This document shows, piece after piece, positions 20,442 to 30,140 of a stretch of DNA of 64,000 nt. Position numbers and translations under genes: made by a program. The first letter of the stretch is position 1. Each line of letters begins with the position of its first letter. The notes under the pieces were generated by a model. The model ran no database searches and was not told the origin of the DNA. It saw only the letters and a program-made list of their open reading frames with translations. This stretch comes from Candidatus Heimdallarchaeota archaeon (GTDB taxonomy: Archaea; Asgardarchaeota; Heimdallarchaeia; Heimdallarchaeales; Heimdallarchaeaceae), in assembly GCA_030603365.1 (NCBI GenBank), contig JAUVXV010000002.1:64001-128000 (forward strand). Direction: 5' to 3'.

Positions 20442-20500
20442 GATGAGTGGGATTAGAATTCTCTACCTTCCATAGTAAGGGTTCTTTTTCCCACCTCATC
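20442..20500 (+). ncRNA. Candidate hairpin small RNA antisense to the 5' end of the 19166-20278 mRNA
   Basis: gatgag-tggga...tccca-c-ctcatc stem; apex holds tctaccttccatagta, identical to 20267-20282. Confidence 0.4.
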
Positions 20501-20599
20501 TTCATATTTGCTAGATTGTGCTTATTGAGTCTTTTGCTTGAGTCTTTTGTAATACATCTGAGACACTAGGATTCATTTGTAGCTCCAAGTTCTCCTACA

Positions 20600-20856
20600 T
20601 AAGAGTTAATTTGCCAAACTCAAAATATAATCTGTTTATATCTGTTGGTTATCCTAAGAAGATTCGGAAAAGTCACCCTCGCGGAAGCGGAAACAAATCC
20701 TTAAGACGTTGGGTGCATAAGTAGTGCTATCACCTCTTTATCACTAAACTGAAATACAAACTTGCTCGTTATGGATTTGAATCCCATTGAGTGGTAGTAA
20801 TTGGTGTAAGTTGGACCTCGAAACGATGTTCAAGATTCGGAGTATTGCATAACTGA
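20600..20856 (+). mobile_element. tnpB: Decayed tnpB (IS200/IS605/IS607-type) fragment
   Basis: Frame reads YNLFISVGYPKKIRKSHPRGSGNKSLRRWVHK*CYHLFITKLKYKLARYGFESH*VVVIGVSWTSKRCSRFG, matching the TnpB RuvC-II/Zn-finger region with two stops. Confidence 0.75.
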
Positions 20857-20895
20857 ATATAATCGGTACAAGATAATAATGATTATGGAGTCATA

Positions 20896-21216
20896 TTGCT
20901 TACAGGAATAAATTATATTGTAATCCACCATAATAGCTTCATAAATAATAGGATTCCAAGCTCTCAGAGCTCAGATGATGAAAACAATATATGGTATGAT
21001 ATTAATATTCTTGAAGTGAATTTTTGGTTGGGGTGGATCGTTGTTAGCGATTATTCAATAGATGGAACAGCAGGTTCAGTTGATCCGTATCCGCTATCTT
21101 CACCAGTGATAGTTAAAGAATATCTACCCTACATCTGGTTATTTGGAATCTTGATACTACTATGTATTGTCTTCCTTCCGAATCTGAAGAGACGAGAATT
21201 AAAACAAATTATCTGA
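20896..21216 (+). pseudogene. C-terminal remnant of a beta-helix surface-protein gene
   Basis: IHHNSF..NNIWYD..NFW..IDGTAGSVDPYPL plus TM matches the C-terminus of 4873-5823; no signal peptide or N-terminal part. Confidence 0.7.
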
Positions 21217-21409
21217 ATTAAGGAATACTTTGTACGTAAATTCGTAATTTCCTTGAATACAAACGTAGATAATGTATATTTTTTCCTAGAAAGGTAATAA
21301 AGAGATAGTTGAAATAGATTTCAATTAAACCATTTTATTGCTCGTTTAAAAATAAATTTAAATGCACAAATCACACATCCACATTAGACCCTTCTAGGAG
21401 ATATTTAAT

Positions 21410-22717
21410 TTGGCAAAGACATCTGTAAAAGAGACCATTGGAAAAATGAATTTCAATGTAAAATTAGCTTTTGCTTTCTCGTTTATACAGTCTTTAGGGA
21501 GAGGAATTTGGATGGGAAATGTCCTTTCAGCTTACATATACTATTTCTCAGATAAATCCAATATAACTCTGGGTCAAACCTCTCTAGCTATGGGGTTAAC
21601 TATGACAGTTTTTGTTTTTCCAGCTGGTATCTTTGCAGACAGATTCAGAAGAGACATACTTCTCAAAATAGCTTCAGTTTTTGGTATTGCTAGTTTAGCT
21701 GTTATTCTTTTTGGTACTAATATGGCTTCGATTTTCGTCGCACTATCTTTATGGGGTCTCTTTCAAGCTCTAACTAGACCTGCTTTAGAGTCCATTTTAG
21801 CTGATTCTTTAGAATCTGGTAAACGATCCAGTACATACACATGGCTTCATCTAGTTAGACAATTGGCACAATCAATTGGTCCTTTTGTAAGCGCACTGTT
21901 ATTCTTCTTCTTTGGTGATGAATGGGAACTTAGTATTTTGAAAAATGTTATTTTGGTTGGAATAATCATCACAGCAAGTTCAATAATAATTATGGAATTC
22001 TTTGATGACAAAAAAAGTTTAGGTTCGATTAGTGAATTCATAGAAGAAGATGAAGAGATAGTTTCTCTTGATGATGAAAATAATAATGGTTTGTCTACTC
22101 GTTTAACAAACAAAAGAGCAACAAAACTCATACCGATTCTATTAGTCGGTTCCAATGTTATAATCGGTATTGGAGCGGGTATGACAATCAAGTATTTTCC
22201 AATATTTTTCATTGAAGAGTACCATCTGAGACCTATGTGGGTTCAAGTAATTATGGGTCTAACTGCCATCTTCACAGGTTTGTCTGCGATAATTGCTCAG
22301 AGACTTTCATTAAGAAAAGGTAGGCCTTTAATGATTTTCATTGTTCAATCGCTTGCTACCTTATGTTTATTTGGAATAGTGTTCTATCCAAACATCTGGT
22401 TACTTGTAACTTTGTTCATCGTAAGGGGTTCTTTGATGAATGCAGGACAACCACTCAGTAGATCCATATTGATGGATGTTGTTCCTAAGAAAAACAGAGG
22501 AAAGTGGAATTCTCTGGAAACTTTTGCTTGGGGATTCTTCTGGAATTTTTCTGCATTGATTGGAGGATACTTAGTTGGTGATGCTGAACCATATAAATTC
22601 TGGTTATGTTTTCTAGTTACTGCTTGTGTTTATACAGTAGGTATCATTCCTTTATTGTTCCTCATCCCTCTTGTTAAGAGAGAGAAAATAACTTCAGAAG
22701 AAGTCCAAATAAATTAA
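21410..22717 (+). CDS. MFS transporter
   Basis: About 12 TM helices, GIFADRFRR motif A, acidic central loop. Confidence 0.9.
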   Translation: MAKTSVKETIGKMNFNVKLAFAFSFIQSLGRGIWMGNVLSAYIYYFSDKSNITLGQTSLAMGLTMTVFVFPAGIFADRFRRDILLKIASVFGIASLAVILFGTNMASIFVALSLWGLFQALTRPALESILADSLESGKRSSTYTWLHLVRQLAQSIGPFVSALLFFFFGDEWELSILKNVILVGIIITASSIIIMEFFDDKKSLGSISEFIEEDEEIVSLDDENNNGLSTRLTNKRATKLIPILLVGSNVIIGIGAGMTIKYFPIFFIEEYHLRPMWVQVIMGLTAIFTGLSAIIAQRLSLRKGRPLMIFIVQSLATLCLFGIVFYPNIWLLVTLFIVRGSLMNAGQPLSRSILMDVVPKKNRGKWNSLETFAWGFFWNFSALIGGYLVGDAEPYKFWLCFLVTACVYTVGIIPLLFLIPLVKREKITSEEVQIN

Positions 22718-22835
22718 AATTGATACTTTTTTTCAATGCTTATATCTCAAAAGTTGATTTTTTTAATTACTTTTCTTACTTTCAGTCTGCTCTCGGCTAC
22801 TTAGGTTTAAATACTAATTTCTCACATAGAAGAAT

Positions 22836-22901
22836 GGAGATGGGTTAGTCACTAACCTCTCTTCCACGGGGGGAAAAATTCCCCCAACCCAACCCTCCTT
22901 T
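22836..22901 (+). ncRNA. Candidate small structured RNA or repeat element
   Basis: GC-rich island with hairpins ggttag-tca-ctaacc and ggggga-aaaat-tccccc; tttaaata at 22806-22813. Confidence 0.3.
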
Positions 22902-23091
22902 AAACTCAAGATTTTGTTATATTATTAACCATTTTTCAGTATTTAAGCTCAACTATAATTAAAGTAGGGCAAATTCTTCATACTTTCAAGCTTAACAAAA
23001 CTATTTTGATTAAAATACGATTATCTTTATAAATATTTGATTTATTCTAGTTATAGAATTATTAAAAATCATTCTTTAGGATTCGCACATA

Positions 23092-23700
23092 ATGAAGAAA
23101 AAGCTGGGATTGCTCACAGGATTAATCATACTTGCACTTCTATCAAGGAATGTTACTAGTACAACCTCGTTTCATGTACCTGGTACTATGATAGAGGACA
23201 TGATATATGCTGGATATAATGCTATCATTGAAGAGGGATATTATTTTCTGGTTTTTGATAATACTGGGTTCATAACAGATAATTTCAACAGAAATCATTC
23301 TTATGTGCTATATTTCTTAGAATTCGAGGTTGAAGGAATAGATCCAATCAGTGGTCAAAGAAATGTTTCAGTAGATGATTATGAGGTTGTAACATTTAAT
23401 TTTGAACTGCCGGAAATTTATGTTACGCATATTGTTTTTGAGATGTTTGCTTCTGAGAGAATTTCTAGTTTTATTGTAGATTATCAAGGTTTGGCCCAAT
23501 ACTTCGAGTTGATTGGTCAGCTTAATGTAGAAAAACAAAGAACAATCTTAATTATTGTTTCTAGTATAAGTGGAGGTATCATCTTACTTCTAGCAATAAA
23601 CATTCTGTTGATGAGGAATAGAGTATATTGGAAACTTATACGAAGAATTAAAACTTATAGAAACAAGAAAGCTGGAAGAAGATTCAAGAGTGTAGGATAA
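23092..23700 (+). CDS. Single-pass membrane protein, possible GOLD/emp24-like ectodomain
   Basis: Signal peptide, GYYFLVFDNT, C-terminal TM and basic tail. Confidence 0.5.
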   Translation: MKKKLGLLTGLIILALLSRNVTSTTSFHVPGTMIEDMIYAGYNAIIEEGYYFLVFDNTGFITDNFNRNHSYVLYFLEFEVEGIDPISGQRNVSVDDYEVVTFNFELPEIYVTHIVFEMFASERISSFIVDYQGLAQYFELIGQLNVEKQRTILIIVSSISGGIILLLAINILLMRNRVYWKLIRRIKTYRNKKAGRRFKSVG

Positions 23701-23712
23701 GAAAAAAGAGAT

Positions 23713-24975
23713 CTACTTCTTGGAAGCAGATGATTTTGGTTTAGGAGGAGATTTTAGTTTTTCAAATATTATGTCACCATTTTCTAAGAAGACTTTGACG
23801 ACTTTTTCTCTTCTAAGTAGGGTTTGATTATGATTGAAGAAAATATAAGTATGGCTGCTGAAAAGTGGTTTTCTAATTGAAGCTACTCGGGGTGGCAATA
23901 GTAAAACGAAATCTTCACTGGGGAAAGCATCATTAAAACCCATTAATCTTCTGAAATCACTTAGTTTCAATCGTGATCTTTCTGATAATTCAATGAATCT
24001 ATTAGCTTTCAGTTCATATTCAGACATTTTCTGCTTACTTAGGAAAATTTCATGTTTCTCTTGAATTACAAGAGAGAACCATTTAGCTTTCCTTATTTCT
24101 TGAAGTTTTGCACCATATCTGGTAAACTCTAGGGATAGATGTCGTTTCAGCTGGAGTTGTTTTAGTACGAAAATTGTTTCTTCCAATGAAATTCCCAAAT
24201 CCAAAGCAACAGTAGACAAATTAACCTCTTCTTCAAAATTCAGTGAGTTAACTATTAGTCTTCTCTTAACATTTTTAATAATGATTGGTCTGATGATTGT
24301 ATGGTAAATTAACCATAAAAATTGTATTCCTAAGACACCCATAATTATAGCTAAATAACCAGACAAGGTATGAAATTTACTCCATTCTAATTCTGACGGA
24401 GATCCTGCAATTGCTTTCTTGAAAAGCGAATAGCGGACCTTCTTTTTATTCGTTAACAGATAGATTCTCAGAATAAATTGAGACATTAGTGTATAGATTA
24501 TAATGACCACAAGCAAAATTAATGTACCTAAGAATTCGTAATTATATGATTCTGCTGACCATAAAGGTAAAGGTAAGGTTGCGAATGAAACTATTGTCAG
24601 AAATCGGATGGTGAATATCATTCCTCGACGTTGTGGATCCAGCTTAAATATATAGAAGTATGAGTTGAGTAAAGCTATAGCAGTAGCAGGTAATGCTACT
24701 ATAAAGACCCAGGGATTCAAAGCATATTTTTCAACAAAATTTACATAACTAATATCAAAAAATATATCAGGTCGAACTAAAATTATGGAAAAACTGATTA
24801 CTGATGTAAGAAGCAAAATCAGTTCTGATACAAAGTGGTAAGTTGGAAACTTGCTTGGTATTGGAGGACTTTCCTCACCATTATTCACAGCGTTCTTTAC
24901 TTGAACGACTACTTTCCCATTCTCCATCTCCCTCATTTTTTCACTCGGAAGTGACTCTTCATCCTTCGAGGGCAT
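23713..24975 (-). CDS. Membrane protein (about 5 TM) with cytoplasmic winged-helix/PCI-like C-terminus
   Basis: Hydrophobic segments at aa 45-230; EVNLSTVALDLGISLEETIFVLKQL HTH-like segment. Confidence 0.55.
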   Translation of the reverse strand: MPSKDEESLPSEKMREMENGKVVVQVKNAVNNGEESPPIPSKFPTYHFVSELILLLTSVISFSIILVRPDIFFDISYVNFVEKYALNPWVFIVALPATAIALLNSYFYIFKLDPQRRGMIFTIRFLTIVSFATLPLPLWSAESYNYEFLGTLILLVVIIIYTLMSQFILRIYLLTNKKKVRYSLFKKAIAGSPSELEWSKFHTLSGYLAIIMGVLGIQFLWLIYHTIIRPIIIKNVKRRLIVNSLNFEEEVNLSTVALDLGISLEETIFVLKQLQLKRHLSLEFTRYGAKLQEIRKAKWFSLVIQEKHEIFLSKQKMSEYELKANRFIELSERSRLKLSDFRRLMGFNDAFPSEDFVLLLPPRVASIRKPLFSSHTYIFFNHNQTLLRREKVVKVFLENGDIIFEKLKSPPKPKSSASKK

Positions 24976-25066
24976 ATAGAAAAATGAACTTCCATACTAT
25001 TTAAAGACATCCAAATAAAATTCAAGAAGAACCTCTAGAACTGCCGACACTATACTTTTGATTCAC

Positions 25067-25118
25067 TTTTCTCTACTTTAAATATGATTCTCATAATTAT
25101 GTCTATAGAGCAGACATG
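25067..25118 (+). promoter_or_regulatory. Cluster-type promoter 1
   Basis: ttttctctac-tttaaatatg-att...gacATG, related to elements at 26971, 30141 and 35971. Confidence 0.55.
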
Positions 25119-26957
25119 GCTAACATTCATATTCGAACATCCATCGTTTTAATGTTAATCAGTATCATTACTCTCGGAAAGGTTAATTATGCTGGTCTAG
25201 GCATGGGTCTGCTCACCCACTCGTATAACTCATCACACAACACACAGGAGGGGGTGCTTTCGCAGACACTAGGTGAAGAGCTTATCTTCAACTACACAGA
25301 CTCTTTTTCTGAAAGCACCTTCCTACTTTCCTGGTCAAGTTTGAATTTATCGATTTATAACGAGTTCACGATTAATTTTATGATTGAAGGAGATACTTCC
25401 TCAAAAGCAGGAATAACTATAACTATTATGATCGATTCCACAGAGATAGATTTCCTTATCGAAAAAATCCATCAGCATCCTTATACCTATTCACTCTCAA
25501 GAGCTTTCTATTTTGAGAACCCAACAATTGATGATTTCAACCTCTCTATAACATTTGCAGGTCAGGCAACTTATGGAAATAGTGGTTCGCTAATTATTTT
25601 AGCTAATAGTTCCATCTCACATCTTAACTCAGTTAACTTAGCTGAATTTGAACAAATTCTAGATGTCTCTCCCAGTAGTTTGCTCTTTGAAGGAAACATG
25701 GTAGGATTAAGAGAGATTTCTGCCTATACAGCACTAAATTTTAGTCTTAATAGCTCATATCTAGTAGACTTAGATATCTCTTTTCAAGCAAGTGATTTTC
25801 AATCTTTTACCAATGAATTAATTCTACTCTCAAATTCTCAAGAATTAGCTAGAAGCTCTTTTGACGAAGATATGCTTAATGAGATCAATTTTCAATTTGA
25901 AGTACAAGAAGGATTTGTTTTTCTTCAACTTCTCTTTCAGATAGAGGTTTCCTCTGATATAATTGGTATCAGTAATATTTCTATAACTGCTCGTGCTTTT
26001 GAAAACGCTTTTAGTCAAGATATTTTTTATCAATTTGAATGGATTGATATTGTAGATGAAACAATAAACCTTGATGTTTTAAAGCCATCATCTGAGCAAA
26101 ATAATCATGTTTTGAATATCTCGCTTTATTGTAGTTTTGAAGGAACTACTATTCTAGATGGGATAGATTATGATCTATACATGGGAATTCAAAAAGTAGT
26201 ATCAGGAATTATTTCTGTGGCACAACAGTCTGCAGATATTCAACTTATCCAAGAATTAACATATACGGATAGTTATCAAGAAGATTTAACAATTGAATTC
26301 TCTGCAGAAAATACAGGGTCTGGCACTATTATACTTTACAATTCTTCGTCAGTTGGCATTCAAAATATCGATCATATTGACAATGAAACCTACACTAAGG
26401 TACTTGAAGAAGAAAGCACTTTTAAAACACCTACATATGGTTCCATTTCTAAGAATTACTATGATGTAATCTTTGTAGAAAATGCTTCTTTATCCTTCAA
26501 AATGGAATTTCTTATGGAATTAACAGCTTCTGAATCAGCATTCCAAAGTATTGCCCTATCAATTTATGTTGATGATGTTGCTATTACAACTAAATCAATA
26601 TCTGAAGAGGGAGATGTTCATATTATTTTTGATGTCCAGCTAAATGAAGAGTTTAACGAAATTAAATTTACTTTAAATATTCTAGGTCGAGGATCAACTA
26701 TTACTTTTAAGAATATGCGATTCACTCTTCTTCAAAATACAGAAGAATCTCCTAATCCACTTTCTCCTGAAGAAGGTATAGATATTCCATTCTTCAAAGT
26801 TCCCAAGAACATCTTTCTTGGAATTTTTGTACTCTTTGATTGTTGGTTAGTTATGGGAATAATACTTCGAATCTATAAAGGTCGCAAATTCAGGAAGAAA
26901 CAACTAACTGAAAACGACGAATTTATTTTAGAAATAGTTCAACTGTCCCAAGATTAG
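25116..26957 (+). CDS. Type I membrane surface protein with beta-sandwich ectodomain
   Basis: Signal-like N-terminus, many N-x-S/T sequons, beta-rich, one C-terminal TM and basic tail. Confidence 0.7.
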   Translation: MANIHIRTSIVLMLISIITLGKVNYAGLGMGLLTHSYNSSHNTQEGVLSQTLGEELIFNYTDSFSESTFLLSWSSLNLSIYNEFTINFMIEGDTSSKAGITITIMIDSTEIDFLIEKIHQHPYTYSLSRAFYFENPTIDDFNLSITFAGQATYGNSGSLIILANSSISHLNSVNLAEFEQILDVSPSSLLFEGNMVGLREISAYTALNFSLNSSYLVDLDISFQASDFQSFTNELILLSNSQELARSSFDEDMLNEINFQFEVQEGFVFLQLLFQIEVSSDIIGISNISITARAFENAFSQDIFYQFEWIDIVDETINLDVLKPSSEQNNHVLNISLYCSFEGTTILDGIDYDLYMGIQKVVSGIISVAQQSADIQLIQELTYTDSYQEDLTIEFSAENTGSGTIILYNSSSVGIQNIDHIDNETYTKVLEEESTFKTPTYGSISKNYYDVIFVENASLSFKMEFLMELTASESAFQSIALSIYVDDVAITTKSISEEGDVHIIFDVQLNEEFNEIKFTLNILGRGSTITFKNMRFTLLQNTEESPNPLSPEEGIDIPFFKVPKNIFLGIFVLFDCWLVMGIILRIYKGRKFRKKQLTENDEFILEIVQLSQD

Positions 26958-26970
26958 AAAACACAAAAAC

Positions 26971-27016
26971 TTTTCCTTAGTTTTTATATGATTTTGCTTA
27001 TTATTTTAATGACATG
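26971..27016 (+). promoter_or_regulatory. Cluster-type promoter 2
   Basis: ttttccttagtttttatatgattttgctta is 24/30 identical to 35971-36000; ends in gacATG. Confidence 0.6.
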
Positions 27017-28441
27017 GCAGTTCACTCGTTAAGATCTAATGTATCTGATAAGCTAAAGAAATTTGCAAAAAATCGGAAGGAATCCATAAAAGAGAGTCTC
27101 TACACTAAAGGAGAGTTTCCTATACTAATTCAAATACTTAGTGCCCTTCTATTCTGGTTCGTATTATTCTTGATATTAGCTGTTGTCATGTCTCCCACTC
27201 TAAGATGGTTGGGAGTATTTCTTGCAGTTCTTGGAGCTTTTCTTATCATACAATCATTAAATTTCCTAGGAAGAAAATTCGTAAAGAAAAATCTAGATGT
27301 TGAAGAGGAGATAGGAACAGCCGATATTCTTGAAATTGAACAGAACTCCATAGTTCTTGGTGATTTATACAAAAAAGGAGGTTTAGTTCTAGTAAACAGT
27401 AGAAAAGGAAAATTGAAACTTACTCCTATGGTTCTACTTCAAATACATTCTGTATCATCTTCCTCAACATCAGTTTTTGGTTCACTTTCAAGCGTTACCA
27501 TACAGAAGCTTAGCTTAAAATACCATTGTAGTGTGATTGATACTTCAAAGTATGAATTAATCTTACTCAAAGGAGAATCACGAAAGTGCAAAAGAGAATC
27601 TTTGAGTATAATGATTCAGCTGTTAAAAGATAGTTTTTTCCAGGAAGCTTTCGATATTATTTCTGAATTTCAAAGAGAGAAAAGAATTGAAGTGGAAAGC
27701 CCAAAAGAAGAGATTCTTACTCACGTTTTTCCATCTTATGAGAACATAATAAATCTCAATTTAAAAAACCCTTCAGAAGAAGTTTTTGAGCCCTTAAATC
27801 AAGATTCAGACATGAATGAGCTAGAATCTGAAACTAGAGAATTGTATGAAATATTCTCTGAATCAGAACATGAAGAAATTGAGGAAGAACAAGAGGAAGA
27901 ACCAGTTTCAGTTGACGCTAATCCAACATCTTTACAGGTTGAGAGAAAACAAGTGAATCCAAATCAACAGCTGATTGTCAAAGATGTTCTTCTTAGGGAG
28001 CTTAATTTCTCAATTGAAAGCTTTGTAAACGCTGCTAAAGGCTATTACAAAAAAGGTATTGAAACTAATCTTGAGAAGAAGTATGACATAGATGTTGATA
28101 AGTTTCTGAAACTTACTCAACTATTCTGTGATAAAGAAGAAATACCATACTTCTATCCTTCATATTCATACTTACTCAAAATAATAGAATTTCTTGATAT
28201 TGAATTACCGTCATCTACTGACATAGAAAATTTCTCAACAAAATTAGCTGAAGAATATGTCTCAACAACATTTCCTGAAGATTATAAGAATCAATTGATA
28301 CAATTTCTAGACGGCAAAGCTGTTAGGTTTAATTCAAAGAAAAGTGAAGAGGTTGTTAAAGATACTAGCAAAATTACCTCTATACCTCCCCCACCCAGTA
28401 AAGGGGAAATCCAAGCATTGATTCAGGAGGAGACTGAATGA
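27014..28441 (+). CDS. 2-TM membrane protein with large acidic soluble region, function unknown
   Basis: Two N-terminal TM helices; stop overlaps the next start (ATGA). Confidence 0.7.
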   Translation: MAVHSLRSNVSDKLKKFAKNRKESIKESLYTKGEFPILIQILSALLFWFVLFLILAVVMSPTLRWLGVFLAVLGAFLIIQSLNFLGRKFVKKNLDVEEEIGTADILEIEQNSIVLGDLYKKGGLVLVNSRKGKLKLTPMVLLQIHSVSSSSTSVFGSLSSVTIQKLSLKYHCSVIDTSKYELILLKGESRKCKRESLSIMIQLLKDSFFQEAFDIISEFQREKRIEVESPKEEILTHVFPSYENIINLNLKNPSEEVFEPLNQDSDMNELESETRELYEIFSESEHEEIEEEQEEEPVSVDANPTSLQVERKQVNPNQQLIVKDVLLRELNFSIESFVNAAKGYYKKGIETNLEKKYDIDVDKFLKLTQLFCDKEEIPYFYPSYSYLLKIIEFLDIELPSSTDIENFSTKLAEEYVSTTFPEDYKNQLIQFLDGKAVRFNSKKSEEVVKDTSKITSIPPPPSKGEIQALIQEETE

Positions 28442-29094
28442 TCGAAGAGATGTTCTTTCTTGATATTATTGAGTTCTATCTCAAATTTTGGTTAATTTCA
28501 TTGGCTTTGAGATGGGTATTATCATTCCTTCCTTGGAAGATTTTTGAGATTCTAAGATTTATTGGTAATCTTATTCGTTATCCAGTTAAGAGATTCTTTT
28601 ACTGGATTTATGGAGTTACAGTTGAAGAAACAGATTTTGAGAAATCAGTTTTTCTCACTGAAGAAGTTTCTGATTTTGATTGTCGTTTGACATCCAATGT
28701 AATTGGTCCTTTGCTTATTCTAACATATATTGGTAGTTTCATCTTATATTGGGCTGATCAGCTGTATGGCACTAGTTATTTATGGTTAAGCATCGTTTTG
28801 TATGTGCTTGGATTCAGTATAATATTGATGTCCGCACCAGATTTTAAAGAATCTGAAGAACTCCTAAGAGTAAATGTTAAATCTATTTTCAAGTGGTTTG
28901 GAAAATTAGTCTTACTTGCAGTTCCTGTATATTTATTACTCCATTTTCTCGTTGGAATTGAAACTCTAGCTCAAGGGATGTTTGTACTAGCTCTATTTGT
29001 CCCAGTTTATTTCCATAGGAAGAAAGAATCAGGAGAGACTTGGAGAAAATCCAAGAAAGCTAAAGTAGTAGAGGCTGATCCTTTTGGAGAATAA
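28438..29094 (+). CDS. Polytopic membrane protein, possibly a degenerate M50-like peptidase fold
   Basis: About 5 TM; G..IRYPVK..YGVTV..VIGPLL..SAPDFKE pattern without HExxH. Confidence 0.5.
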   Translation: MIEEMFFLDIIEFYLKFWLISLALRWVLSFLPWKIFEILRFIGNLIRYPVKRFFYWIYGVTVEETDFEKSVFLTEEVSDFDCRLTSNVIGPLLILTYIGSFILYWADQLYGTSYLWLSIVLYVLGFSIILMSAPDFKESEELLRVNVKSIFKWFGKLVLLAVPVYLLLHFLVGIETLAQGMFVLALFVPVYFHRKKESGETWRKSKKAKVVEADPFGE

Positions 29095-30130
29095 AATTGA
29101 AGTTAATGACATGGTAGACAAGATAATTGAAAATCTTGAGATGTCACTAGGGAAGTTAGGAGAAAATCTTAGGATTGATAAAATAGAGGGAAAAAAGGAA
29201 AAGCTTGAAGAAAAAATAAAAACAGAAGAAAAGGTGAAAATAGAAAAAAATGATAGAGCACCTTTTGCAAGTGTTAGATATCCAACACCAGATAATGTCT
29301 TAGTCGATAAACCTAGTTATAGTCAATCTTCAATTAAAGAGAACGAGTATATTCCTATCCCGATAGTACCTATAACCAATACTTCTCAAGAAACTGCAAA
29401 TAAACCAAAAGAAGTAATGCCTGATGATTCTTTAGAAGTTGAAGAGATTGAAAGTGATCTTGTTACTGTGGGAAGACTCCAGCAAGAGGGGGTATACCTA
29501 GGAGAAATCAGTGAAGATTTCTTCCTTGATATTCCTAAAGAGATTAGATTAATTCATCTTTTTGGACCTCCAGGTTCAGCTAAAACAACAATAGGTTTAC
29601 AAACAGCGATAGAGATAACCCCAAAAAATGCTTATTACTTTATTACTAGTCATGCAACATCTACATTGAAACGTGTAAAACAAATTATAGAAAATAATAG
29701 GTGGAGTGAGTATCAGAGTTTTAAACAATCTTTCTTTCCTATTGAAATTTCTAACTTAGACGTTTTAGAGGTACAGCTAGAAAAAATAGAAGACATGAAT
29801 CCTGAAGAAGTTGGATTGATCATAATTGATCATTTAACTGATTACTCTAGAGGAGAAATTTACAAAGAAGAAAAGAGAAAACAGCTTAGAAACTTGCTTG
29901 AAAGATTGTATATTCTCGCAGACGAGAAAAAATGCAAGATACTCATCATTAATGGTTATTCTTTCAAGGGTTCAGCTCCAGCTGAAGATATCGTTGAATC
30001 ATTTTGTGATATGACTATTCACACTAAAATTGAGGATTATCAAGTTAAGTTGTTTGTTGAGGATGATGAAATTCCTCTTGAAATAGATGATTCGGGTGTG
30101 AAGAATTTACATGTTAACGTTTACTTCTAA
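29084..30130 (+). CDS. RadB-like RecA-superfamily ATPase with acidic low-complexity N-terminus
   Basis: LIHLFGPPGSAKTT (Walker A variant), LIIIDHL (Walker B), ILIIN. Confidence 0.75.
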   Translation: MENKIEVNDMVDKIIENLEMSLGKLGENLRIDKIEGKKEKLEEKIKTEEKVKIEKNDRAPFASVRYPTPDNVLVDKPSYSQSSIKENEYIPIPIVPITNTSQETANKPKEVMPDDSLEVEEIESDLVTVGRLQQEGVYLGEISEDFFLDIPKEIRLIHLFGPPGSAKTTIGLQTAIEITPKNAYYFITSHATSTLKRVKQIIENNRWSEYQSFKQSFFPIEISNLDVLEVQLEKIEDMNPEEVGLIIIDHLTDYSRGEIYKEEKRKQLRNLLERLYILADEKKCKILIINGYSFKGSAPAEDIVESFCDMTIHTKIEDYQVKLFVEDDEIPLEIDDSGVKNLHVNVYF

Positions 30131-30140
30131 ATCGAGGGTA

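Noticed and set aside
20650-20800. GC-richer stretch first considered as RNase P or another ncRNA
   Set aside because: Conserved RNase P motifs are absent; it is better explained as a tnpB coding remnant
2304-20830. Identical 16-mer acctcgaaacgatgtt at about 2304 and about 20815
   Set aside because: One distant 16-mer match in 64 kb is near chance expectation and the flanks do not align
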